From an uncultured Candidatus Saccharibacteria bacterium (lineage in GTDB: Bacteria; Patescibacteriota; JAQUNI01), in assembly GCA_964555185.1 (NCBI GenBank), contig CAZKRD010000001.1:34185-98184 (forward strand): a stretch of DNA of 64,000 bases, given 5' to 3'. Numbering within the stretch: position 1 is the stretch's first letter; each line of letters begins with the position of its first letter. Shown piece by piece: positions 55,426-64,000 of the stretch. A program made the translations under genes and the position numbers. The notes below the pieces were generated by a model. That model made no database searches, was not told the DNA's origin, and was given only the letters and a program-made list of their open reading frames with translations.

Positions 55426-56745
55426 ATGTTAACCAAAGAATTTGACGCGGCAATTAATCAAATCTGTGATGAGAAAAGTATTGATCGCGAGGTCGTGATC
55501 AAAACAATTGAGGCGGCATTGGCCGCGGCTTATCGTAAGGATTACGGCAAGCCTGATCAGAATATTAAGACTCAATTCAATCCCAAAACAGGCAATTTTG
55601 ATATTTTTGATGTTAAGGAGGTTGTGGCCGAGGAAGAGGAGATTACTGATTCGCGCAAGCAGATTGTGCTCTCGGAGGCAAAAAAGAAAAAGAAGAGCGT
55701 CAAGGTGGGAGAAGAAATAAAAGCCAAGATTAAGCCCCCGGGAGACTACGGCCGGGTCGCGGCCCAGACCGCAAAACAGGTGATCGTCCAAAGGATCAGG
55801 GAGGCGGAAAGAAATGCCCTATTCCAGACCTTCAAGAAGCGCGAGGGCGAACTGGTTATCGGCGTGATCCAGCGGATTGAGGGCAATACCATCTTTGTTG
55901 ACTTGGGCCAGACCACTGGTTTTATTCCGATTTCCGAACAGGTATCAGGCGAGAATTATCAGATCAACCAAAGACTAAAAGTCTATATCAGCGAAGTGCG
56001 CGAGGGGTCTAAGGGTCCGGAAGTGGTATTATCCCGCACCCATCCAGAGATGATTAAAATCCTTTTCAGTTTGGAAGTGCCGGAGGTGAACGCGGGCACG
56101 GTGGAGATTAAGACCGTAGCTCGAGAGCCGGGATTAAGGAGTAAGATCGCGGTCAAAAGCAGTGATCCAGAAGTTGATCCGATCGGGGCTTGCGTGGGCC
56201 AGCGCGGCTCCCGGGTCCAGGCCGTGATCAATGAGATCGACGGCGAAAAGATTGACATTATTGAGTGGGCGAAAGACCCGGCTAAATTTATTAGCAACGC
56301 TTTAGCGCCCGCCAAAGTGGTTAACGTGGAAGTTGGTAAAGAAGATAATACAGCCAGGGTATTGGTCGAGCCGGATCAACTCTCTTTGGCGATCGGCAAG
56401 GAGGGACAGAATGTCCGTTTGGCTGCTAAATTGACAACTTGGAAGATAGATGTTAAACCAGTGCCCGTAAAGGAAGAAGAAAAGGTTGAAGTAAAGAAGG
56501 TCAAAGAGGAGAAGGAAGCAAGGAAGGAGACGGTGCAAAAAGTCAAAAATCAACCTTCGAGTCCTGAGCCTCAGGTCGAGGGAAAATCAAAAGTCAAAAA
56601 TGCCTCGCCTACCGGGAGGCAGGCAAATAAAAAATCAAAAATAAAGAAAGTAGAGAAAAAGACAGTAAAGAAGGAGAAGAAAAAGGATAAGAGGATTAAA
56701 AAAGGACCTTCTAAAGAAAAAAAGGAAAAGGAGAACAAGAAGTAA
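55426..56745 (+). CDS. nusA: Transcription termination/antitermination factor NusA with a long K/E-rich tail.
   Basis: N-terminal domain MLTKEFDAAINQICDEKSID..., S1 and KH domains (GACVGQRGSRVQAV). The tail is about 100 aa of KE repeats. Confidence 0.85.
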   Translation: MLTKEFDAAINQICDEKSIDREVVIKTIEAALAAAYRKDYGKPDQNIKTQFNPKTGNFDIFDVKEVVAEEEEITDSRKQIVLSEAKKKKKSVKVGEEIKAKIKPPGDYGRVAAQTAKQVIVQRIREAERNALFQTFKKREGELVIGVIQRIEGNTIFVDLGQTTGFIPISEQVSGENYQINQRLKVYISEVREGSKGPEVVLSRTHPEMIKILFSLEVPEVNAGTVEIKTVAREPGLRSKIAVKSSDPEVDPIGACVGQRGSRVQAVINEIDGEKIDIIEWAKDPAKFISNALAPAKVVNVEVGKEDNTARVLVEPDQLSLAIGKEGQNVRLAAKLTTWKIDVKPVPVKEEEKVEVKKVKEEKEARKETVQKVKNQPSSPEPQVEGKSKVKNASPTGRQANKKSKIKKVEKKTVKKEKKKDKRIKKGPSKEKKEKENKK

Positions 56746-56901
56746 AATGATTTTTGATTTTTTCAGCTAGTCAGAGTATATTTTTAAGATAAGAATTAAC
56801 CACGAAAGTACAAATTTCAAGAGACTAAAAGGCATTTTTGACTTTTGATTTTTGCCTGCCCGCCAAAGCCTTGGCGAAGGCGGGACTTTTGATTTTCTAT
56901 T

Positions 56902-58878
56902 ATGCTGCCTGTAATTGTTTCTGGCTTGGTTGCCGTGCTTGCTTTGCTTTTTGCTCTGCTTTTTGCTTTGCGAATCGGACGGCAAAAAACGGGCAATAAA
57001 AAAATGCGCGAAATCGCGCGCGCGATTCATGACGGCGCGATGGCCTTTTTGCACAAGGAGTATAAGATTTTAATTATTTTCGTGATTGTTTTTGGTTTTG
57101 TTCTTTACATCACTTTGGGTTTGGAAACTACGATCGCTTTTCTCTTGGGCGCGTTTTTTTCCGCGCTCGCGGGCAATATTGGGATGCGGATTGCGACCAA
57201 AGCCAATGTCCGGACAGCAAGAGCCCTGAAAAAAGGGATCAAGGAGGGATTGATTTTAGCCTTTTCTTCCGGTTCGGTGATGGGGCTTTCGGTTGTAGGT
57301 TTAGGTTTAGCCGGGATTAGCGTACTTTATTTAATTGTCCGCGATCCGAATATTATTTACGGTTTTGGTTTTGGCGCTTCTTCAATTGCCTTATTCGCGC
57401 GGGTGGGCGGCGGCATCTACACGAAAGCGGCTGATGTGGGCGCGGATTTAGTCGGCAAGGTAGAAAAAGGGATTCCAGAGGATGACCCGCGCAACCCGGC
57501 GGTGATCGCGGATAATGTCGGAGACAATGTCGGAGACGTGGCGGGCATGGGCGCGGATCTTTTCGAGTCTTATGTTGATTCGATCATCGCAGCGATGGTG
57601 ATTGGTGTTTTTGCTTTTTCCAGTTTCCTGCAGGCAGACGCGGTGGTTTTACCCTTGCTTTTGGCGTCGGTTGGGATTATTGCCGCTATCTTGGGAAATC
57701 TGGTTGTGTTTTTAAGTCGGGGCGCGCGCAACCTGCATAGCGTTTTAAACCGCGGTATTTACGCGGCCGCTGTTTTTATGATCATCGGTTCTTATCTTGT
57801 GATTAAGGTTTTCCATTATTTTGACGACATCAGAGTATTCTACGCTTCTTTGGTTGGCGTGATCGGCGGCGTGGTGATCGGCTGTATTACTGAATACTAT
57901 ACTTCAGACAAACACAAACCAACCCGAAGACTGGCCCAGATTTCCAAGACCGGTCCGGCACCGAACATTATTCGGGGTTTGTCTTTGGGGATGATCAGCA
58001 CGATTGTGCCGGTTCTGGTCGTAGCGGCGGCGATCTGGCTCAGCTTTTGGCTGGCCGGGCTTTACGGTATCGCGATCGCGGCCGTAGGAGTGCTTTCGAC
58101 CTTAGGAATCACACTGGCCGCTGACACCTATGGTCCGGTTGCGGACAATGCGGCAGGGATTGCGCAAATGGCGGGAATGGGCAAGAAAGTGCGGGAACGG
58201 GCAGAGAACTTGGACGCTGTCGGCAATACGACCGCGGCGATCGGCAAGGGTTTCGCGATTGGCTCGGCCGCTCTAACCGCGCTCGCCCTTTTTGCCAGCT
58301 TCACGGGCATTGTTGGTTTGAAATATATTAATATTGCCGAGCCCAAGGTGATCGCGGGGATGTTTATTGGCGGCTGTTTGCCTTTCCTTTTCTCCGCTTT
58401 GACGATGAAAGCAGTGGGAGAAGCGGCTTACGATATGGTTTCAGAGGTGCGGCGTCAGTTTAAGGAAATCACTGGTTTGCTTTCTGGACGCGCAAAGCCT
58501 GATTATCAACGTTGTATCTCAATTTCAACCGCGGCCGCTCTTCGCAAGATGATTTTGCCTGGGATCACGGCGATCGGTGTTCCGGTTGCGGTTGGTTTCT
58601 TAATGGGGCCGGCGGCCTTGGGCGGACTTTTGGCTGGTTCGGTAGTTACCGGTTTCCTGCTTGCGGTGATGATGGCGAATGCCGGCGGCGCTTGGGATAA
58701 TGCCAAAAAATACATCGAAAAAGGCAATCTCGGCGGTAAGGGCTCTTTCGCCCATCGGGCGGCAGTCGTTGGAGACACGGTCGGTGATCCGTTTAAAGAC
58801 ACCTCTGGCCCTTCGCTTAATATTTTGATTAAACTAATGGCAATCGTGGCGATTCTTTTAGCTCCTCTGATTGTTTAG
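56902..58878 (+). CDS. hppA: Membrane-bound proton/sodium-translocating pyrophosphatase.
   Basis: GGIYTKAADVGADLVGKVE...DNVGDNVGDVAGMGADLFESY and the C-terminal VGDTVGDPFKDTSGPSLN. About 16 TM helices. Confidence 0.9.
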   Translation: MLPVIVSGLVAVLALLFALLFALRIGRQKTGNKKMREIARAIHDGAMAFLHKEYKILIIFVIVFGFVLYITLGLETTIAFLLGAFFSALAGNIGMRIATKANVRTARALKKGIKEGLILAFSSGSVMGLSVVGLGLAGISVLYLIVRDPNIIYGFGFGASSIALFARVGGGIYTKAADVGADLVGKVEKGIPEDDPRNPAVIADNVGDNVGDVAGMGADLFESYVDSIIAAMVIGVFAFSSFLQADAVVLPLLLASVGIIAAILGNLVVFLSRGARNLHSVLNRGIYAAAVFMIIGSYLVIKVFHYFDDIRVFYASLVGVIGGVVIGCITEYYTSDKHKPTRRLAQISKTGPAPNIIRGLSLGMISTIVPVLVVAAAIWLSFWLAGLYGIAIAAVGVLSTLGITLAADTYGPVADNAAGIAQMAGMGKKVRERAENLDAVGNTTAAIGKGFAIGSAALTALALFASFTGIVGLKYINIAEPKVIAGMFIGGCLPFLFSALTMKAVGEAAYDMVSEVRRQFKEITGLLSGRAKPDYQRCISISTAAALRKMILPGITAIGVPVAVGFLMGPAALGGLLAGSVVTGFLLAVMMANAGGAWDNAKKYIEKGNLGGKGSFAHRAAVVGDTVGDPFKDTSGPSLNILIKLMAIVAILLAPLIV

Positions 58879-58889
58879 ATTTTTTAAGT

Positions 58890-60164
58890 ATGGAAATTAA
58901 AATCAAAAAACTCCCCCGTTCACAAATTGAGCTTTTGATTGAAGTTGAACTTCGCGAAATTAAGCCTTATTTGGATAAGGCGGCTTCAGTGATTTCAGAG
59001 AGAATTAAAATCGCTGGCTTTCGGCCGGGCAAGGCCCCGTTAGCGGTTGTGGAGAAGCGGGTAGGTAAAACTCAAGTTTGGGAAGAGGCGGCGAAACAGG
59101 GTCTGCCTCGCTTTTTAGAAAAGGCGCTGGAGCAGCATAAAATTGAGGTTTTAGGCCGGCCCCAGATCAGTGTTATAAAGCTGGCCCCTGATAATCCTTT
59201 AATTTTCAAGGCAATGGTTGCTGTGATCCCGCCGGTTGATTTGGGTGATTACAAAAAGATCAAAGTTAAAAAACCATTGGTCAAGAAACTCAAACCAAGG
59301 GAGGTCGATAAAGTCTTAAAGCGGCTGCAGAAGATGCGCGCCAAGGCAGTAACCGTTTCCCGAGGAGCACAAAAAGGAGACCGCGTCGAGATTGATTTTA
59401 AGACGTATTTGAAGAATAATTTGATTGCCGGCGGCGTAAGCCGCAACCACCCCTTTATTTTAGGCGAGGGTCAGTTTGTGCCCGGGTTTGAGGATAAGCT
59501 TGTTTCAATGCGGGCAAAGGAAGAGAAAGAGTTCCAAATCAAGTTTCCGCGCGATTATTTTAAGAAGAATCTGGCCGGCCGTCTGGTCCGTTTTAAGGTC
59601 AAGGTGAATCTGGTCCAAAAACTGGAGTTGCCGGAAATCAATAACCAGTTTGCCAAGACTTTGGGTCCCAAATTTGGTTCGCTAGGCGAGCTCAAAAGGA
59701 AGCTAGAAATAAATTTAAAAACGGAAGCAGAGGCGCGGGTTCGTGAGAAGTATGAGCTGGCTGTTTTAAACCAAGTTGCCTCTCGGGCGAGAGTAGAAAT
59801 CCCGGCTGTTTTAATCAAGTCGGAACAGGATAAAATGTTGAAGGAAATTCAAGAGAGCATTGAAAAACAGGGAGGCAGGTTTGAAGATTATTTAAAGAGT
59901 ATTCAGAAGACGGCTGACGAGCTGAAAGGTTCTTTTGAGCAACAGGCCCGTAAAAGGATGAAGACCAGTCTGGTCTTAAGGGAGATCGCGCGTAAAGAAA
60001 AGGTCAAGGTGCCGGCAAAACAAATCGAATTAGAGATCAATAAAGCCCTGAAATTATACCCCGATCTGCCGGAGGCCAAGAAGCGCTCCCGCAGTCCAGA
60101 GTACAGGGAATACATCAGAGGGATGTTGAGGAACAGGAAAGTGATTAAGATGCTTTGTGATTAA
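58890..60164 (+). CDS. tig: Trigger factor.
   Basis: MEIKIKKLPRSQIELLIEV...GFRPGKAP, an FKBP-like middle and a C-terminal arm domain. Confidence 0.85.
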   Translation: MEIKIKKLPRSQIELLIEVELREIKPYLDKAASVISERIKIAGFRPGKAPLAVVEKRVGKTQVWEEAAKQGLPRFLEKALEQHKIEVLGRPQISVIKLAPDNPLIFKAMVAVIPPVDLGDYKKIKVKKPLVKKLKPREVDKVLKRLQKMRAKAVTVSRGAQKGDRVEIDFKTYLKNNLIAGGVSRNHPFILGEGQFVPGFEDKLVSMRAKEEKEFQIKFPRDYFKKNLAGRLVRFKVKVNLVQKLELPEINNQFAKTLGPKFGSLGELKRKLEINLKTEAEARVREKYELAVLNQVASRARVEIPAVLIKSEQDKMLKEIQESIEKQGGRFEDYLKSIQKTADELKGSFEQQARKRMKTSLVLREIARKEKVKVPAKQIELEINKALKLYPDLPEAKKRSRSPEYREYIRGMLRNRKVIKMLCD

Positions 60165-60244
60165 ATCTTCAAATTCTGATTAGGGATTTGACATTTTTAG
60201 CTTTGGAATTTGAAATTTGGGGTTCAGCTCTTGGGGATAATTTT

Positions 60245-60273
60245 CTTGACAGCACCAAGACCCCATGCTAAGC
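60245..60273 (+). promoter_or_regulatory. Candidate promoter: TTGACA, 17-nt spacer, extended -10 tgcTAAGCT.
   Basis: ttgaca at 60245-60250 and taagct at 60268-60273 with tgc upstream. Confidence 0.4.
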
Positions 60274-60450
60274 TCTTAATTAGTTTTTCCAGGATTTAAA
60301 GATATTTGATGAGGCCCGAAGAAGCTTTGTTTCAAGAAGCTCAAAAAGGGCTCTATTTACTCGTTTAAAGAGGAGTGAATTATCAGAGTATCCGTTAAAA
60401 CGTTTACTGAAAATCAGTCAGAGGAGCTTGGGGATTCTTTAGAGCCGCCA

Positions 60451-61743
60451 TTGGCAGAAACCGGCGGGAAAAGGGTTTTTCTTGAGAATAAACAATTGAA
60501 TAATCCGAAGAAAAAATTCCTTTCTTTTTTCGCACCCGCTCGCCTGAAGAAATCCATTCTTTTTTTAGGAAGAGCGGCAAAAAAGGTAGAAAGGGGTTTT
60601 ATTTTTATCAAAAATATTGTTGAGAAATTTTTTCCTTTGATCCCTCGTTATGCTATGCATTTGGCGATTTTGATTGTCGCTTTACTGGTGATTTTTAACA
60701 ACCTAAGCGGCAGAACGGATCAGAATAAAGGGGAAGAAAGAGAAGGGACGAGCATTTTATTTGCCGGTGTTTTGAGCAGCGGCAATTTTCGTTTAGTTGA
60801 AGGCCGCGCTAATCCCGCTGATTTACCGCAGGGCATTGGCGGGTTCAGATCGCAGGTTTTAAATACGGTTTTAGCGAGCGACGATAACACCGATTCAGCG
60901 GAAGGAATAGAAGAGGGGCCGGCTTTGGCTACGATTTCCGGGGTCGCTCTGATCCCTTTGGCAATTTTAGAGCAGGAGATAGAGGCCGGCCCGCTTGAAG
61001 AAGAGCGGAAGGAGACAATAGAGCATGTTGTCAGCGCGGGCGAGTCAATCAGCACGATCGCGGCTTCTTATGGGGTGACCGCGGCTACTGTGCTTTCGGC
61101 CAATGATCTGTCCGAAACAACCTATATCAAACCCGGAGACAAATTGGAGATTCCGCCTGTATCCGGTGTGCTATACACGGTCAAACCGGGAGATACCTTG
61201 GGTGTAATTGCCAAGACCTACAAAGGGGATTTGGATCAGATTATGGAGTATAATGATCTGGACAGTGAGGATAGTATTCAGATCGGTCAGGTCCTAATGA
61301 TCCCGGGAGGCAAAATTCCGCCGCTGCCGGCTAAAACCCCTTCCAAGTATGCTGTCCAGTATCCGAACAATCAAACTTCGGTCGGAAAGGCAGGGTGGAG
61401 ATGGCCGGCCGCTTCCCGTAAAATCAATCAATATTACAGTTACCGCCACCACGGCGTGGACATCGGCGCCGCCACTGGTTCGCCGATTTACGCGGCGCGA
61501 GGAGGAACAGTTGTCTTTGCCGGCTGGCGCTCTGGTTATGGAAAAACCATTATCATCAGCCATCCCAATGGGACCCAGACCCTCTATGCTCACCTTTCCG
61601 GCTACAAAAGAACATCAGGCAGTGTAGCTTCGGGGGAGCTTGTTGGTTATGTCGGTTCTACTGGCTGGTCTACTGGCTCCCACCTGCATTTTGAGATCCG
61701 GACATCAAGGGGTACGGTTAACCCCTTAAATTACATTAGATAG
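60451..61743 (+). CDS. LysM-domain M23 family metallopeptidase (start uncertain; the TM anchor begins near 60652).
   Basis: Two LysM repeats (VSAGESISTIAASYGV..., VKPGDTLGVIAKTY...). M23 motifs HHGVDIGAATGSPIYAA...GYGKTIIISHPNGTQTLYAHL and the C-terminal HLHFE. Confidence 0.8.
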   Translation: MAETGGKRVFLENKQLNNPKKKFLSFFAPARLKKSILFLGRAAKKVERGFIFIKNIVEKFFPLIPRYAMHLAILIVALLVIFNNLSGRTDQNKGEEREGTSILFAGVLSSGNFRLVEGRANPADLPQGIGGFRSQVLNTVLASDDNTDSAEGIEEGPALATISGVALIPLAILEQEIEAGPLEEERKETIEHVVSAGESISTIAASYGVTAATVLSANDLSETTYIKPGDKLEIPPVSGVLYTVKPGDTLGVIAKTYKGDLDQIMEYNDLDSEDSIQIGQVLMIPGGKIPPLPAKTPSKYAVQYPNNQTSVGKAGWRWPAASRKINQYYSYRHHGVDIGAATGSPIYAARGGTVVFAGWRSGYGKTIIISHPNGTQTLYAHLSGYKRTSGSVASGELVGYVGSTGWSTGSHLHFEIRTSRGTVNPLNYIR

Positions 61744-61873
61744 TTTTCATTGACAATTTAGTAAAAATAGTATATAATATGAATCTTAGTAAATAAAGTG
61801 GGAGTACTTTTAGGTCGACCTTTACTTTATTTGCTTTTTCAAGATTTTTAAGTAACGCTAAGTTTGACAAAGT

Positions 61874-62200
61874 ATGGCAAAAGAACAGGACTTGGAGTTC
61901 CTCGAATTCGTGGTCAAGGCGCTTGTGGACAATCCTTCTAAAGTAAAAGCCGTTCGTTCAGTTGATGAAATGGGCGTGCTGATTACTCTAGAGGTAGACC
62001 CTGCTGATATGGGTCAAGTTATCGGACGCAACGGCCAAACCGCTTCTTCGATCAGAACTCTGTTGCGAGTTGTCGGGGCGAAAAACAATGCCCGGGTTAA
62101 CCTTAAGATTCTAGAGCCGGAAGGTTCAGAAAGAGGTCCAGGCAGAGAACGCGCTCCTCGCAGTCAATCTACTGATGTAGTTGACGATTTGAAACTGTAA
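61874..62200 (+). CDS. KH-domain RNA-binding protein (UPF0109/YlqC-like).
   Basis: ...GVLITLEVDPADMGQVIGRNGQTASSIRTLLRVVG carries the GxxG KH motif. It sits upstream of trmD as YlqC does in the rpsP-ylqC-rimM-trmD layout. Confidence 0.75.
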   Translation: MAKEQDLEFLEFVVKALVDNPSKVKAVRSVDEMGVLITLEVDPADMGQVIGRNGQTASSIRTLLRVVGAKNNARVNLKILEPEGSERGPGRERAPRSQSTDVVDDLKL

Positions 62201-62230
62201 GGCTTTTCTTTAAGGAAGCTTTCAGAAGAC

Positions 62231-62267
62231 AACCAAAGCCGCTTGAATTTTCGGGCGGTTTTTGGTT
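62231..62267 (+). terminator. Candidate Rho-independent terminator after the KH gene.
   Basis: aaccaaagccgcttgaattttcgggcggtttttggttt is a short GC stem followed by a T-run. Confidence 0.45.
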
Positions 62268-62270
62268 TAA

Positions 62271-62400
62271 TAGTCTTGTAACCTATAACGTATAACCTAT
62301 AACCTATAACATAATAACCTATAACCTGTAACTTGTAACCCAAGAATGATATTCTTTGTTTTTCAAAAAACTTGCGTTACAGGTTACAAGTTACACGCTA
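62271..62400. repeat. Family B dyad spacer of the taacctat type, with the nested palindrome aagaatGATattctt, upstream of trmD.
   Basis: About 8 tandem taacctat-like words, then an inverted arm gttacaggttacaagttac. Confidence 0.6.
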
Positions 62401-62406
62401 CAAGAT

Positions 62407-63081
62407 ATGACTTTTGACATTTTGACAATTTTTCCTAAGATATTTAACTCATATTTTAATGAGGGTATTTTAGGTCGAGCAAGAAAAAAAGGCTTAATTA
62501 AAATGAATATTCATAATCTTCGTGATTTTACTCGTGACAAGCATAAGACCACAGACGATCTGCCTTATGGCGGCGGTCCGGGCATGGTGATGAAAGTGGA
62601 GCCAATCTTCCGGGCGCTAAAGGCGATCATTCCAGAGAGGATCGGTCCTCGCGGTTTAAAGGGCGGCCGCAGGGTAAAGTCTAAAATCATCCTTCTTTCT
62701 GCCCGGGGCAAAACCTTTGATCAAAAAAAAGCGCGAGAATTATCACGGATTGATAGGTTGGTTTTAATTTGCGGCAGATACGAAGGCGTGGACCAGAGAG
62801 TAGGGGATTTTTTAGTTGATAACGAGCTGTCAATCGGCAGCTTTGTTTTAAGCGGGGGAGAGCTGCCCGCGATGCTTATCGTGGACACTGTGTCTCGATT
62901 GGTCCCCGGCGTTTTAGGGAACAAAGAATCTTTAGGCGAAGAATCTTTTTCTGTTGGCTTTAATAAAGAATATCCGCATTATACTAGGCCGCGTGAATTC
63001 CATGGTTTTAAGGTGCCTAAAGTTCTTTTTTCCGGCGATCACGAGAAGATAAAGAAGTGGCGCAAAAAACATCAGAAATAA
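62407..63081 (+). CDS. trmD: tRNA (guanine37-N1)-methyltransferase.
   Basis: MTFDILTIFPKIF...LPYGGGPGMVMK...ICGRYEGVDQR...SIGSFVLSGGE. Confidence 0.9.
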   Translation: MTFDILTIFPKIFNSYFNEGILGRARKKGLIKMNIHNLRDFTRDKHKTTDDLPYGGGPGMVMKVEPIFRALKAIIPERIGPRGLKGGRRVKSKIILLSARGKTFDQKKARELSRIDRLVLICGRYEGVDQRVGDFLVDNELSIGSFVLSGGELPAMLIVDTVSRLVPGVLGNKESLGEESFSVGFNKEYPHYTRPREFHGFKVPKVLFSGDHEKIKKWRKKHQK

Positions 63082-63134
63082 AAAGGCCGCCTTTTATGTT
63101 AACAAGGCGGCAAGGGCTGGCTCGAGAAAGTAAT

Positions 63135-63410
63135 TCAGTATCTCTGTTCCCTTTGGCGAGCCTTTTTGTCCTTTCGGTGGTAAAAATACCACACAAAGAA
63201 TATTATCAAAGGGACAATAGGCGCTTCAATTATGAGCGCTTTTTTGAATGCCTTTCCCTGTGGGTCCGGCCTTCCGCGGTAGCGCGGATCCTGATCCTCG
63301 CGAGATACAGCGATCATAACCAGTATCCCTGATATGAGTATCATAGTGATGCTCCAGCCAAAAACTCGGCCGAAGTAATCCTGACTTGTGTATGATTTTT
63401 TTCGTGCCAT
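63135..63410 (-). CDS. Small hypothetical two-TM membrane protein.
   Basis: 91 aa and hydrophobic. Confidence 0.35.
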   Translation of the reverse strand: MARKKSYTSQDYFGRVFGWSITMILISGILVMIAVSREDQDPRYRGRPDPQGKAFKKALIIEAPIVPLIIFFVWYFYHRKDKKARQREQRY

Positions 63411-63601
63411 TTTTCCCTCCTCCTTGATATCATGCCCTATGTCATAGCTATTATTCCACTTCAGTTTTCGGATTTTACATTATATCACAATAAATCTATT
63501 TTGTCAATTCTTTGCATAAACTAATATAATCTGGACAAGTATTTGAAAGGGTAGTAGAATATAATTAGCTTTTACAAATTAAATAAAAACAAACAAAAAT
63601 T

Positions 63602-64000
63602 ATGTCCAAAAAAGCAAAAATTATTCTAGGGATTGTTTTGGGTCTAGTCGGCCTGTTTATCCTCCTCTTTATTGGCGCTGTTGTTTTGAGCCTGGCTTAT
63701 AGGAGTGCGGGCGTAGACACGGAATCCTATGGCAGAGACAAGAGTTACGCGCCCACGTCAAGCGAGAGTCTTTTTGAAGCAGACGATTTGGGCGCTTCGC
63801 CTGAATTAGCAATGGAAGCCCCAGTTTCAGCTGTTGATAAGAGTTTAGGGTCTGAACCAAATTCTTCTACAACAGTAGATGTTTCCGAAAAGAAGATTAT
63901 CCGCACTGGAGAATTAGATATGATGGTTGAGGGCGTGGATCAGACGGTTTCAGATCTAACTTCTATGGCCGAACGGGCCCAAGGCTTTATTCAGAGCGCT
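63602..64000 (+). CDS. DUF4349-like secreted/membrane-anchored protein, partial (continues past the window end).
   Basis: MSKKAKIILGIVLGLVGLFILLFIGAVVL anchor, then ...KIIRTGELDMMVEGVDQTVSDLTSMAERAQGFIQSA resembles the DUF4349 pattern. The open frame runs to the window edge. Confidence 0.4.
   Translation, partial: MSKKAKIILGIVLGLVGLFILLFIGAVVLSLAYRSAGVDTESYGRDKSYAPTSSESLFEADDLGASPELAMEAPVSAVDKSLGSEPNSSTTVDVSEKKIIRTGELDMMVEGVDQTVSDLTSMAERAQGFIQSA

Noticed and set aside
1-64000. CRISPR array
   Set aside because: The many repeats were checked for regular repeat-spacer periodicity. None has identical direct repeats at fixed spacing with unique spacers; they are dyad or word repeats and dispersed elements.
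1-64000. Alternative genetic code (UGA recoding, as in some CPR lineages)
   Set aside because: Conserved genes are full length under the standard code and end at TAA, TAG or TGA (purE ends with TGA after SEEEE). No in-frame TGA interrupts conserved domains.

Overview
This 64 kb window looks like a gene-dense, AT-rich bacterial chromosome segment, most likely a reduced Patescibacteria/CPR-type genome. The lineage call is an inference from lysine/glutamate-rich tails on S16, L32, S1 and NusA, tRNA genes that mostly lack an encoded CCA, a compact type IV pilus cluster, and many small hypothetical membrane proteins. It uses the standard genetic code: conserved genes stop at TAA, TAG or TGA (PurE ends ...SEEEE then TGA). 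I found no rRNA, CRISPR array, integrase or transposase.

Housekeeping genes I can support:
- One minus-strand run: rpmF (L32), nusB, rnc, an RlpA/G5-type cell-wall protein, a short 828-aa SMC, rpsP, and three K/E-rich hypothetical proteins at the left edge.
- rny (RNase Y) with ymdB, followed by hup (HU) with its own promoter and a clean terminator.
- Five tRNAs: Pro(TGG) and Gly(TCC) on the plus strand, Ala(GGC) and Met(CAT) on the minus strand, and Arg(CCT) on the plus strand.
- gpmI, ftsH, tilS, rpsA, gyrA, clpP, nrnA, rbfA, infB, rnhB, yraN, a SAM-dependent methyltransferase, nusA, hppA (H+-pyrophosphatase), tig, a LysM/M23 peptidase, and a KH-domain protein followed by trmD.
- A type IV pilus block: pilB, pilC, three pseudopilin genes, a PilX-like gene, pilM, pilN, pilO and a small TM gene.
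- An ECF sigma factor with a downstream anti-sigma-like gene, a histidine kinase with a double-receiver response regulator, bactofilin, a DUF4446-like protein, and a Wzy/O-antigen-ligase-like membrane protein.

The intergenic DNA is what stands out. Almost every spacer carries one of three recurring structured elements:
- Family A, a ~140-200 bp AT-rich element with a TTCAAAC-N-GTTTGAA core, in at least four copies.
- Family B, long imperfect hairpins built from tandem 6-8 bp words (caaagtt, caatttt, taacctat, ccaaatg).
- Family C, a GC-rich hairpin element with inverted termini CCCGTAGGGG...CCCCTAC and a variable interior. Two of its three loci (16897-17160 and 53190-53345) also carry a conserved AAAGTGAAA/TTTCACTTT hairpin and a possible small ORF, and three or more GC-rich hairpin fragments related to it lie elsewhere (notably the rnc leader near 6940-7060).

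Other items worth a second look:
- A purB-purE-purC module (AIR to AICAR) sits between tRNA-Arg and a family-C element; it may be an acquired island.
- A protein made of four tandem excisionase-type HTH domains lies next to tRNA-Gly.
- The SMC has no hinge-sized middle region.
- An ~880 bp gene-free, stem-rich island (47447-48332) follows a compositionally odd lipoprotein gene.
- A 19-A homopolymer encodes the C-terminus of one gene and is followed by tandem TAA TAA; the next gene continues in the same frame.
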